Source of the DNA: Candidatus Bathyarchaeia archaeon
GTDB taxonomy: Archaea > Thermoproteota > Bathyarchaeia > Bathyarchaeales > Bathycorpusculaceae
Length of the DNA stretch: 35,707 bases
NCBI GenBank assembly: GCA_049512075.1
Contig: JBEKXL010000023.1
Span: forward strand, 1-35,707
Direction of reading: 5' to 3'
Shown: in pieces, positions 9,248-18,868 of the stretch
Layout: every line of letters begins with the position of its first letter
Position numbering within the stretch: position 1 is the stretch's first letter
Program-made: the position numbers and the translations under genes
Notes under the pieces: model-generated
The model's database searches: none
What the model was told of the DNA's origin: nothing
Seen by the model: the letters and a program-made list of their open reading frames with translations, nothing else

Positions 9248-9570
9248 TTTCCTTCCTGCTCCAATCATTCCAGCCAGCGCAGAAACTTTTTTTGTGTCTC
9301 TACTTGTTATATATAGCTTTCGACCGCGCTGAAAGTCGAAATCCGCGTGGCTCAACAATTTGCCGGTGACAATACGCTTGAAGCGACATGTAATCCTTGG
9401 CGCGCGCGGGCCTCTCAAGAGCGCACGATATCTTGAACCAATGGCCGTCAAGATAAGAGGACTCGGATACAGTCTTAAAATGGGAACAAAGATAGGGTTC
9501 AAACTAGTGAAAGCTTGAGAGAGCCAACTCCGAAAAAAACATGGAGGAGACTAATGCACGGTCGCGCATC

Positions 9571-9861
9571 CTATCTTACGCCGAACTCACTGCATTCCTG
9601 TTCAGTCTTCAGCTCTCCAAGAGACTCCTTGAGCGTCAACGCATCATTCACTGCTTGAACCATGTCAACAGGTAAACAAACAAACACCTGCCCCAAAAAG
9701 GGCTTTTTCAACCCGAACTCCTCCAATGTTGCATCATTCAACCCCACATGAACATGTGTTACCTGCCAGCTGTTCGTGTCAACATCGCCTCCTTGGACTT
9801 CCCCGATTGTGACACCATCCGACGTTACAACTTTTTTCCAGTTCAGCTTGCCTAAATCCAT
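9571..9861 (-). CDS. PRC-barrel domain protein
   Basis: L.WKKVVTSDGVTIGEV..GDVDTNSWQVTHV and LPVDMVQAVND pattern. Confidence 0.8.
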   Translation of the reverse strand: MDLGKLNWKKVVTSDGVTIGEVQGGDVDTNSWQVTHVHVGLNDATLEEFGLKKPFLGQVFVCLPVDMVQAVNDALTLKESLGELKTEQECSEFGVR

Positions 9862-10078
9862 CTGTCAACCACCTATGACAACGCCTTTTGCTTGCGTGAA
9901 ATATAAGTTTTGAGAATCTATTTCAATATTCTGAAGTAAGCTTTCGAAGTGGCTCTCCAATCGAGTGCCCTAAATTCGTGCTACCCGTCAATGGGACAAG
10001 GGGACGAACACCACATATTGTGTTGTTCGTTGAGTCCGAAAAAGTGTGGATGCTAAAAGTAGTTAGACGACATGTGAG

Positions 10079-10303
10079 TTAAGGGTAGGTGTGGGCGTCT
10101 ACTTCAACTTGCTTCGGAAGCTTCTTTATTTCAATTTCCATACTCGTCGGAGCCTCTCCTTCAACCTGCTTCAGAGTTTTCAGGAAGCCTATCATCATAT
10201 TAGCCAATGTTTCCTGCATGAAATGGTTAAGGGGCAGTCTGATGCTGTCGACCCGGATCTCAGTCTCATAATTCTTCTTGAACGTTCTGTGCTTTGAACT
10301 CAA
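10079..10303 (-). CDS. Small protein resembling the C-terminal domain of archaeal MobB-type proteins
   Basis: IRVDSIRLPLNHFMQETLANMMIGFLKTLK pattern; TTG start after GGTGATG RBS. Confidence 0.55.
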   Translation of the reverse strand: MSSKHRTFKKNYETEIRVDSIRLPLNHFMQETLANMMIGFLKTLKQVEGEAPTSMEIEIKKLPKQVEVDAHTYP

Positions 10304-10486
10304 GACATCACCATCTAGGATAAGCCTGAGTTTTGGTTGATAACTATTGCGGTGCGGTGGTAAGTAAGGTTCTGTCAATTCTTCGGCCGGTAACGTGCTA
10401 GGTGGTCTAAAGCGCGCGCACCGACAAGATAAATAAGGAAGCGATGCTCAAGCTCTAATCGCAGTATTGCACTGTAGGATTCTCTT

Positions 10487-12241
10487 GTGGCAAGGTTCAG
10501 ATGCACTGTTTGCAATTACGTTTATGACGAGACTAGAGAAGGTCGAAAATTCTCTGATTTGCCTGATTATTGGAGGTGCCCTGTATGTGGTGCTCCAAAG
10601 AGTGCGTTTGTACTCCTTTCTGAAGAAGTTGTTGAGAAAAGAACTGGCACAACGGTTTCAGACATTCTGATAGAACAGATAGCCGAATGGGGCGTCAAGT
10701 ACGTGTTTGGGATCCCTGGAACGTCAACCTTGGGCGTCGTGGATGCCATCAGAAAGAACGCTAAGGTAACATACATCCAAGTGAGGCATGAGCAGACCGC
10801 AGCGTTTATGGCTTCGGCCTATGGGAAACTGACGGGAAACATAGCCGCCTGCCTAGGTGTTTCAGGCCCTGGCGCCACCAACCTAGCAACGGGGCTGTAC
10901 GATGCAAGCCTAGACCACTCTCCCGTGCTGGCTCTTACGGGCTTGGTTGCGAGGCAAATGATAGGACCTGGCTCTATACAGGAAATCGACCAGTATTCCT
11001 TCTTTGAGCCCGTTTGCGTCTTCAATAAGATATTGATGTCTGAAGATCAGACAACCACGCTCGCAACCTTGGCCGTAAAGCACGCACTACTGGACAAAGG
11101 AGTCGCTCACATCGGAATCCCAAACGATGTACAAAAACTACCCTATGAGACGAACACACTCCCGTTTGAAGGCAGGATGCCAAACCTAGCATTCTCTCAA
11201 ACTGATGAAATCATCGAAAAAGCCGCGGCAATCGTTGACGAAGCAAAACGACCCGCAGTAATTGCTGGGTTCGGGGCGATGGGCCACGGGGACAGTATGC
11301 TAGAATTGGCAAAGAAGATTGCGGCGCCAATAGTGACGACGTTCCGAGCCAAAGGAGTTGTTGACGAAAGTAACGACCTTTACGTCGGAAGCCATGGAGG
11401 AATTGGCTCAACCGCGGCGGCAGAACTGGTACGAAAATCAGACCTTCTCATAGTAATCGGCTCTTCCTTCTCTGAAATGACAAGTATCCCAGAAAAGAGG
11501 ACAGTGCAGATAGACATCAACCCACTCATGATCGCAAAGAGATATCCCGTAGAAATCGGCCTGCTCGGCAACAGCGCGCTGCTCATCCCCAAGCTCAGGG
11601 ACTCAGTGAAAGAAAAAACGAACGAAGAATACCTCACCGAGATAAGAAGATTGAAAAGACAATGGATTGAACTCCTGGAACAGGAAGCTGACCCTTCAAA
11701 GAAACCGATAAGACCCCAATACATAATCAAAGTATTGAACGACATGATAGCCACCGACGCGGTAATATCACTTGATACCGGAGAAAACTGCTGGTGGTTT
11801 GGAAGAAACTTTTGGATGAAGAAAACCCAGAAAATGGTCATGTCCGGCTACTTGGCATCGATGGGCTTCGGGCTGCCAGGCGCCATGGCGGCAGCACTCG
11901 CATATCCAAACAGGCAGATAATCTGCATCACAGGAGACGGCGGCCTTGCAATGGTGATGGGAGACTTCCTCACTGCAGTCAAACACAATATGCCTATCAA
12001 AGTGTTTGTTTTTAACAACAAACAGTTAGGCATGATAATGCAAGAACAAAAGGTCGAAAACTATCCGAATTGGCAAACAGACCTTTTCGACTTCAACTTC
12101 GCAAACTACGCCCAGAACTGCGGGGGAGTCGGAATCAAAGTGACAGAACCGAAGGATCTCGAAGACGCCGTCAAAGAAGCACTCTCAACACGCAGGCCAG
12201 TGATAGTAGACATCGACACAGACCCAAGGCGGTTCATCTGA
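10487..12241 (+). CDS. ThDP-dependent pyruvate oxidase/acetolactate synthase-like enzyme with N-terminal rubredoxin domain
   Basis: [10 protein letters not shown]...[14 protein letters not shown] rubredoxin; [27 protein letters not shown]...NN ThDP motif. Confidence 0.92.
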   Translation: MARFRCTVCNYVYDETREGRKFSDLPDYWRCPVCGAPKSAFVLLSEEVVEKRTGTTVSDILIEQIAEWGVKYVFGIPGTSTLGVVDAIRKNAKVTYIQVRHEQTAAFMASAYGKLTGNIAACLGVSGPGATNLATGLYDASLDHSPVLALTGLVARQMIGPGSIQEIDQYSFFEPVCVFNKILMSEDQTTTLATLAVKHALLDKGVAHIGIPNDVQKLPYETNTLPFEGRMPNLAFSQTDEIIEKAAAIVDEAKRPAVIAGFGAMGHGDSMLELAKKIAAPIVTTFRAKGVVDESNDLYVGSHGGIGSTAAAELVRKSDLLIVIGSSFSEMTSIPEKRTVQIDINPLMIAKRYPVEIGLLGNSALLIPKLRDSVKEKTNEEYLTEIRRLKRQWIELLEQEADPSKKPIRPQYIIKVLNDMIATDAVISLDTGENCWWFGRNFWMKKTQKMVMSGYLASMGFGLPGAMAAALAYPNRQIICITGDGGLAMVMGDFLTAVKHNMPIKVFVFNNKQLGMIMQEQKVENYPNWQTDLFDFNFANYAQNCGGVGIKVTEPKDLEDAVKEALSTRRPVIVDIDTDPRRFI

Positions 12242-12323
12242 GCCATCACAAATCAAGCAAGTGTTTGTCTAGACATTTACGCCGCTGTCCTTGCCATTCA
12301 CAGTTGTTTGGGCTGGCGTGGTT

Positions 12324-12745
12324 TCAGTTTTGTTTGCGAACGGAGCCTTGTTTCATGTTGAACAGTGGGGCTTCTTTGAGGGCGTTCAGCAGGTCTTGAG
12401 TTTGGAAGTGAGAGAGCTTGCACGTATTTATGTCCTTCAAGAATGGGAACATGTCCTGAGCATTTTTCAACTCATGCAAATTCTCCCACTCAACCCTGAT
12501 GCCGCATTGGTCCGCGTGTCAGTAACTTCTCTCCAGCCTCCTGGTTTCAAACCAGTTCCTGAATGACCTGCTGCCGTGAATGGTCCAACTAGCGTGTTTG
12601 AACCCATGTTAAGAAGAAACACGATGGAACCTACTTCCATTTCTCGTACTATCTGAACGTTCTCGCCTGAGCAGGTGAAAAGTCTGCGTTTTACGCAATC
12701 CGTGAGAGAATCGGCGTTGCAAAGGAACACATGACCGACGTACAT
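12324..12745 (-). pseudogene. Stand-alone DCD (EVE/PUA-like) domain gene with one frameshift near 12500-12520
   Basis: N-part GHVFLCN..SLTDCVKRRLF...GSIVFLLN...LVGPFTA; the -1 frame continues GIRVEWENL...KLSHFQTQDLLNALKE to TGA at 12326-12324, matching the DCD C-terminal pattern. Confidence 0.7.
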
Positions 12746-12883
12746 AGCCTATAACCTGTTCTTCTGTATTAATAAAAATAGCGCGTCCAAAAAAAGGCGT
12801 CGCGCGCTGCTTCAGTGTTTTTTTCAAATATTCCTCAACTATCTCATCGAATCTCTTGCGCCAATAATCCGTATTCGCACGGA

Positions 12884-14358
12884 TCACTCTATGTCAATCT
12901 GGGCTCTCTGCAATCGTCCAGAGTAATCGATGTAAATCGTCTTGATATCAGAGAACTCGTTTATTCCTTCGATTCCCCCCTCTCTTGTTCCTATGCCCGT
13001 GTGCTTCACTCCTCCAAAGGGAAGGTGAACCTCTGATCCTGTAGTACTTGAGTTGATGTAAGTCAGTCCCGCCTTGATCTTCGTTATTGCCTCACATGCC
13101 CTGTTTATGTCTCTCGTGTAAATCGCAGAGCTTAAGCCATACTCTATGGAGTTAGTTGCATCTATCGCCTCATCAAAGCTTCTGAACGAGATGAGTGAGA
13201 CGACCGGACCGAATATTTCCTCTTGTGCGATTCTCATTTCGATGGAGCAATCTGTGAACAAGGTTGGCTCGAAGAAGAAACCTTCCATCCTTGGAGTCTT
13301 CCCGCCTGTCAGGAGTTTTGCTCCTTCGCTTTTTCCGATTTCAGTGTATTTGGCGCTTTTTTCTTGAGCAGCCTTGTTTATCAGCGGTCCAACATCTGTT
13401 TCGGGCTTAAGTCCATCACCCAGCTTGAGTTTTCTTATTCTGCTAACGAGCATTCTTTCAAACTTGTTCTCGATTTTCTCGTGGACTATGATGCGAGAAG
13501 CAGCCGTGCACCTCTGTCCAGATGTTCCATACCCGCCCCAAATCACTCCCTCCAACGCGAGATTCAGGTCAGCGTCATCCATGACTATGATGCCGTTCTT
13601 TCCACCCATTTCCAAGCCAACTCTCTTAAGGCCCGCTTCTCTCAGAATCGATGCACCAGTGTCCCTGTGTCCCGTGAATGAAACAGCCCCGACTTTCTCG
13701 TGGTTCACAATAGCCATTCCCACATCGTCACCTGAGCCCGTGACCATGTTCAACACACCATTGGGCAGCCCCGCCTTTTCCAAGATTTCAACCAGCCTAG
13801 TTGCACAGAGCGGCGTGTCAGACGAGGGCTTGAAGAGCACGGTGTTCCCACAGACCAGTGCGGTCATTATTTTCCAGGCGGGAATAGCCATTGGAAAGTT
13901 CCACGGCGTTATAAGTCCACAGACACCTACGGGCATTCTTATGGTCAAGCACAGCTTCTTTCTCAATTCAGAAGGCGTAGTGAAACCCAACAATCGCCTG
14001 CCTTCACCAGCCATATACTCCGTCACATCCACCGCTTCTTGGACGTCGCCCCTCGATTCCTGGACGACCTTTCCCATTTCCATGGTCATCTCGCTTGCCA
14101 ACTGCTCCTTGTTTTCCCGGAGCAACTGTGCAGCTCTGAAGAGTATCAGTCCTCTTTTCGGTGCAGGCGTTTCACTCCATTTCGGAAAAACCGCTTCAGC
14201 AGCCTCTACAGCTTTGTCAACATCTTCTTTGCACCCCTTTTGAAATGTTCCCAGAATCTGTTTTGGCCTGGCAGGATTGTCGCTTGCAAATGTCTCACCT
14301 GAAACGGAATCGACCCATGCGCCATCTATGAAAAGTTTATAGTTCTTGGCTTGCTCAT
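12884..14358 (-). CDS. NAD(P)-dependent aldehyde dehydrogenase; start codon out of frame (frameshift in first codons)
   Basis: ITPWNFP, KPS, LEMGGKN, GQRCTA, EEIFGPV, PFGG. Frame stays open to 14362 with YKLFIDGAWV...DNPA; the nearest ATG (14358) is in another frame. Confidence 0.9.
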
Positions 14359-14491
14359 GTTCTCAACATTGTAATCTTCCCCTCACTTTTTATAAGACTT
14401 TATCTCTACGCTCACGAAGCACGAAAACCACATAAACTCGAGCAATACTGAAGTGTAGGAAGTGCTCTGATAGTTAGAACGGTGCTGATTC

Positions 14492-14896
14492 GTGGAAGAC
14501 TGTGTGTTTTGTAAGATAGCACGAGGCAGGGAGCAGGCCAGTCACATCTACGAAGACAGAGACGTGATGGCATTTTTGGATGCAAGACCCGTTAATGAAG
14601 GGCACACGCTCGTAATATCAAAGAAGCATTACGAAAACATATTCGAGATTCCAGACGAGGAACTTGCAAACCTCTTCAAAATCGTGAAGAAAGTAGCCGC
14701 TGCGATTATGAAGAGCGAGAAGGCTGAGGGAATAAGAATAGTTCAGAATAATGGGAGTGCAGCTCACCAAATCATATTTCATTTCCACGTTCATATCATC
14801 CCCGAGCATGAAGGACAGGAATCACACTGGCCTCGTGAAACTCCCGAGCAAAGCGAATTAGAAAGAGTTGCAGCCAAAATAAGAAAACTCATGTAA
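14492..14896 (+). CDS. HIT (histidine triad) family hydrolase
   Basis: DCVFCKI, GHTLVI, HFHVHII. Confidence 0.95.
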   Translation: MEDCVFCKIARGREQASHIYEDRDVMAFLDARPVNEGHTLVISKKHYENIFEIPDEELANLFKIVKKVAAAIMKSEKAEGIRIVQNNGSAAHQIIFHFHVHIIPEHEGQESHWPRETPEQSELERVAAKIRKLM

Positions 14897-15037
14897 CCAC
14901 AATCATCATCGCAACGCGCGCAATCGCGCGCATTACGACTTGTTACCTTTTACCATTCTTTCAACATTGCTCAAAAGTGCTTCAAAGACTCTCGTTGTTA
15001 CGCGCGCGCTGAAATCTATAAATAATTCACAAAAATG

Positions 15038-15136
15038 TGGAGATATCTCCCGAAGAGGCACTATACTAAGGGTGACTTCCAACACTACCATGGACCAAGG
15101 CATCTTATTAACGTTTATGGGAGATGTCTCCCGAAG
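15038..15136. repeat. Two copies of a palindromic 18-19 nt repeat, 81 nt apart
   Basis: TGGAGATATCTCCCGAAG (15038-15055) and TGGGAGATGTCTCCCGAAG (15118-15136). Confidence 0.7.
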
Positions 15137-15282
15137 TCCGTCTTCACATGACCGTTTTCTTCTAAGGAGTGGACGAGTCAAACTGGCTTAAAAAGAATAT
15201 GTCGAAAGCGTAGAGCAGGGATACAACTGGAAACGATAGACTTGCTATGAAAAAGTGCGCGCGCTCTATGTCTTGGAAACGG

Positions 15283-15678
15283 TCACTCTATCGACATTAT
15301 AGAGAGCTTCAATTGCCTGACGTGTCTGTTTGCCTTCAGACCATCTATCAAGTCTTTTAGACGTTTGGACGAACCCTTAACCACCATGACTTCCAAACAG
15401 CTCTTTTTGGTCAAGTGAGAATGCAAATAAGTAGTCATTACGTCCCCGAACTCGTGCTGAAGCTGAGTTAATTCTTCATTCTTGTCCTTTTTCTCGTACA
15501 GTGCAGTTATGGTTGCAATGATGTTTCCTTTTATGTTTTCAAGCTCCTTATATTCAGCGATGTACCTCCGCAGAGCTTGTCTAACTACCTCAGATCTGCT
15601 GGCATACCATTCTTCGCCCAAGATCCTATCCAGTTCATCCCGCAGTTCATCAGGAATAGAAAGGCTAATGATCACCAT
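15283..15678 (-). CDS. nikR: NikR-family ribbon-helix-helix metal-responsive regulator
   Basis: ISLSIP...SRSEVVRQALR RHH domain; LQHEF, HSH and CLEV correspond to the NikR His/His/His/Cys metal site. Confidence 0.85.
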   Translation of the reverse strand: MVIISLSIPDELRDELDRILGEEWYASRSEVVRQALRRYIAEYKELENIKGNIIATITALYEKKDKNEELTQLQHEFGDVMTTYLHSHLTKKSCLEVMVVKGSSKRLKDLIDGLKANRHVRQLKLSIMSIE

Positions 15679-15745
15679 GCTCCATCACTTTTGTCCAGAT
15701 AGTGAAGTTGTTAATGAGGTTATAAAAAACCCACTCATCAAAAGA

Positions 15746-16618
15746 CTATGAAAGCCTGCTTGCAAGTCGGCACGTCCAGCGGGCATGCCACTTGGTCACC
15801 TTTTTGCTGGTCACAATGAAGAGCAAGATCGCAATGCCGACGACAACTATGGTAGCGCCTGAGGCGGTGTCGAGTATGATAGACAACATCAGGCCTAGGA
15901 CGACGCTCACGAGGCCGAACATAGGAGAGAGTATCATTGTCTGCTTGAACGAACGGCTTACTTGTAGGCTTGTGATGGCAGGAAGAACCAGTAAGGCGGA
16001 TATCAGCAGCACGCCGACGATGGGTATCGAAGCGATGACCGTCACTCCGGCGAGAACGCTCACCAAGTAATCGAAGAACCATGTCTTCACACCAGCGGCC
16101 CTTGCCTGAGTCTCGTCGAAGGTGACCAAAACGAGTTCCTTGTAGAATGCGAAGACGATGGCCAAAGTGACGAAGAGCACAACCAGCGCGATAGCTATCT
16201 GTTCAGGTGTGACCACCAGGATGCTTCCGAATAGCAGGCTTTCCAAATTGACACCGTAGCCCCGGGCCAGGCTGAGAAGCACGATTCCCGATGCTAACCC
16301 CATCTGAAGAAACAATGCTACAGCTGCGTCTCCCGATATTCTGGTGGAACGGATAGCTTTCGTTATCCCCAGGGAACCCAATACGACGACGATCGCCCCC
16401 ACCCAAGTAGCGCCCGTGGCCGCGAAGCCGAGGAAATAGCCGAGCGCCAGGCCTCCGAAGGCTGTGTGTCCCAGACCGTCGCCGATAAGCGAGACTTTTT
16501 TGAGCACGATGAAAACGCTGAGCAGGGAACTCAGTATTGCCATTATGAGTCCTACAATGAAGGCCCGCTGGATGAAGGCTTGCTGCAGCATGTTAAGTAG
16601 AGAGTCAAGGATGATCAT
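15746..16618 (-). CDS. znuB: Zn/Mn ABC transporter permease (ZnuB-like)
   Basis: SLIGDGLGHTAFGG, LFGSIL, TFDETQARAAG, VGVLLISALLVLP. Confidence 0.9.
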   Translation of the reverse strand: MIILDSLLNMLQQAFIQRAFIVGLIMAILSSLLSVFIVLKKVSLIGDGLGHTAFGGLALGYFLGFAATGATWVGAIVVVLGSLGITKAIRSTRISGDAAVALFLQMGLASGIVLLSLARGYGVNLESLLFGSILVVTPEQIAIALVVLFVTLAIVFAFYKELVLVTFDETQARAAGVKTWFFDYLVSVLAGVTVIASIPIVGVLLISALLVLPAITSLQVSRSFKQTMILSPMFGLVSVVLGLMLSIILDTASGATIVVVGIAILLFIVTSKKVTKWHARWTCRLASRLS

Positions 16619-17363
16619 GATGCATCATTTCTACTGGATAGTCGTACATCTTCGGGAGCATAGAACTTGCTGAGAACTCCGATTTTTGACCGCAGAAGAA
16701 AAGTGATGTGTTGATGCAGACAACTTTGTTGGCGAGCTTGGTGACCACGCCGATGTCGTGGGACGACAATATGATAGTTATGCCCATCTGCTTGTTCAGG
16801 CGCTCCAGAATGTCGTAAAACTCTGTCTTCGAAGCCGCATCCACTCCGCTCGTCGGTTCGTCTAACAGTAGCAGCTTTGCCTCCGCAGCGATCGCCTTAG
16901 CCACGAAGACTCGTTGTGATTGCCCGCCTGAGAGTTGTCCTATCCTCCTGTCCTTGAGTCCGTATATCCCGAAGAGCTTTAACACTTCCTCGACCTTCTG
17001 CCTGTCCCGTTTGCCAAGCCTATGGAAGAGCCTTGCTCGTGGGACTCTTCCAAGCATGACTGTTTCAAACACGTTGAAGGGAAAGTTAGGATCCTGCGCG
17101 TGCGCCTTCTGGGGAACATAGCCCACGTATTTAAGGTTCTTTGTCAACATTTCGGTGCCGAAAAGCTTCACAGAGCCAGAGGTTGGCTTTATCAACCCCA
17201 GAATAACATTCAGGAGTGTAGACTTTCCAGCACCGTTGGGACCGATTAGGCCGATCAAGTCTCCGTCATTTACGTCAAGTGTTATTCTGTCGAGAGCTAA
17301 CACTCCGTTACTGTATCTGACGCTGACATCACGAAGCTCGATGATTGGTTTAGCTGGATCCAA
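16605..17363 (-). CDS. znuC: Zn/Mn ABC transporter ATP-binding protein (ZnuC-like)
   Basis: GPNGAGKST, GYVPQ, LSGGQSQR, LLLLDEP, SHD. Confidence 0.92.
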   Translation of the reverse strand: MDPAKPIIELRDVSVRYSNGVLALDRITLDVNDGDLIGLIGPNGAGKSTLLNVILGLIKPTSGSVKLFGTEMLTKNLKYVGYVPQKAHAQDPNFPFNVFETVMLGRVPRARLFHRLGKRDRQKVEEVLKLFGIYGLKDRRIGQLSGGQSQRVFVAKAIAAEAKLLLLDEPTSGVDAASKTEFYDILERLNKQMGITIILSSHDIGVVTKLANKVVCINTSLFFCGQKSEFSASSMLPKMYDYPVEMMHHDHP

Positions 17364-18321
17364 CGTTATTCAACGCCAAGAGTATGTTTGTAAGATCCTC
17401 CTGCATGAGGATGAGATATGTCTTGCCAGCGGCTTGATCCGACGTCGTTAAACCTTCGATGGGATTCATCGGTATCAGTGTTGCGTTCGTATCCGCAGCA
17501 ATCGATTGTGCGATGGCAGGGTTCTCGAGTGACTCGTAGCCGACATATTTGAGGTGGTAAAAGTTTATGGCATTGACGACATTTTCGATGTCGCTCGGCG
17601 TGGGCTCTTCTTCAAATGGGCCCGTGATAGGTATCTGTGTTAGATTGTACTGTTGGGCAAAGTAGGCGAAGGCCTCGTGGAAGGTGACAAAGTACCTTGT
17701 CTTGACGTTTGTCGTTGCGTTGAGGATTTGGGAATTTAGATAATCGAGCTTCGCCTCGAAATTCTGGGCATTCGTGATAAAATACTGTTGGTCAGCCGGA
17801 TCCGCTTGTATCAATCCCTGAAGGATATTATTCACTTGCTGCTTCGCAAGGACGGGATCGAGCCAGATGTGAGGGTCGACGGTTCGGTTGTCCTTCTGAA
17901 ACTGCGTTGACACCGGCAGCAGGGTTATGTTCTGGCTTGAATCCACAATCACCAGCTTCGGATTGTCCACAGAACTCACTACTTGGGGAATCCAAGGCTC
18001 GAGGCCTGCGCCGTTGTAGATGAGCACGTTAGCGCTGGCTACCTGCGCAATAGATGAGGGTGTGGGCTCAAAGTCATGAACATCGACAGTTTCTGGTACG
18101 AGAGTGGTCACGCTGACCTTATCTCCTCCAACGTTTTGGGCGAAGTCATACAGTGGGTAGAAAGTGGCAACGACTTTCAACATCTTGCCCTGCTCGCTAG
18201 CAGATGTGTTAGGCGACTTGCCGGACAGATTGTATTCGTACATAACTGCTGCCGATGCAATCACCACAATCGCTATCACCAACGCGGTCAAGGCGCGTAT
18301 ATGAAGACTTTTGTACGTCAT
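17350..18321 (-). CDS. znuA: Zn/Mn ABC transporter substrate-binding protein (ZnuA/TroA-like)
   Basis: N-terminal TM anchor; DVHDFEP, NGAGLE, DPHIWLDP, FHEAFAYF. Confidence 0.92.
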   Translation of the reverse strand: MTYKSLHIRALTALVIAIVVIASAAVMYEYNLSGKSPNTSASEQGKMLKVVATFYPLYDFAQNVGGDKVSVTTLVPETVDVHDFEPTPSSIAQVASANVLIYNGAGLEPWIPQVVSSVDNPKLVIVDSSQNITLLPVSTQFQKDNRTVDPHIWLDPVLAKQQVNNILQGLIQADPADQQYFITNAQNFEAKLDYLNSQILNATTNVKTRYFVTFHEAFAYFAQQYNLTQIPITGPFEEEPTPSDIENVVNAINFYHLKYVGYESLENPAIAQSIAADTNATLIPMNPIEGLTTSDQAAGKTYLILMQEDLTNILLALNNVGSS

Positions 18322-18354
18322 TTGGGGTCATCTCTAATATGCCGCAATCGACCT

Positions 18355-18382
18355 TTATTAAAGTTTATGCTAAACTTAATAA
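18355..18382. promoter_or_regulatory. Candidate NikR-type operator over the znuA promoter
   Basis: Imperfect palindrome TTATTAAAGTTTA-TGC-TAAACTTAATAA, i.e. TATTA-N16-TAATA. Confidence 0.55.
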
Positions 18383-18424
18383 TCATTCCATTAAAAATTA
18401 CTACGACTTAATAACAAGCGCGCG

Positions 18425-18712
18425 CTATGAAGGTTTAGGAGGAATCAAAGCAGGACTTGAACCTGTGACCGATGGAGCGCGGGCAACGATGGAGCTTACG
18501 GTGCTCTTGACACCTTTAATCTTCATCACCTTGTTCTTGAGAATCTCCCTCAATTCCTCAATGTCGGACGCTGAAAACACGGTGACAATGTCAAACTCGC
18601 CCGTTACCTCGTAAAGCTCCTCGATATTGTCAAGTTTAGACAGCGCCGCTACTACGTTATCCATTTCTGGTGACTCCACGAAGATGTCGACGAACGCAAG
18701 TAGACGGGACAT
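18425..18712 (-). CDS. Lrp/AsnC ligand-binding (RAM) domain-only protein, copy 1 with altered C-terminus
   Basis: ELYEVTGEFDIV...IKGVKSTVSSI; close paralog of 24665-24934. Confidence 0.85.
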   Translation of the reverse strand: MSRLLAFVDIFVESPEMDNVVAALSKLDNIEELYEVTGEFDIVTVFSASDIEELREILKNKVMKIKGVKSTVSSIVARAPSVTGSSPALIPPKPS

Positions 18713-18868
18713 GAATAATCATCTTTCTCAAAGGCACACGCCCGTGTCCCTTTAAACGTTTCGGTAAACAGGACTGGCGGAACGCTGATTATCGGTGGAG
18801 ATAAAATCTGCGTTTGTCGGAAAAGGATGTTGCCAAAGAGCTCTATGGCTTCAATGCGGGTTTCTGGT

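Noticed and set aside
9248-9502. 85-aa N-terminal extension of Amt in the ORF track
   Set aside because: It spans the TATA box and a CG tract; homology starts at ATG 9247.
7997-9570. amt without an adjacent glnK
   Set aside because: Unlinked amt copies are common and glnK may lie elsewhere.
13374-14243. 289-aa plus-strand ORF and similar antisense ORFs over amt, kdp, znu and pst
   Set aside because: Shadow frames of well-supported genes on the opposite strand.
15038-15136. Mini-CRISPR interpretation of the twin palindromes
   Set aside because: Only two short copies, a spacer of about 62 nt and no cas genes.
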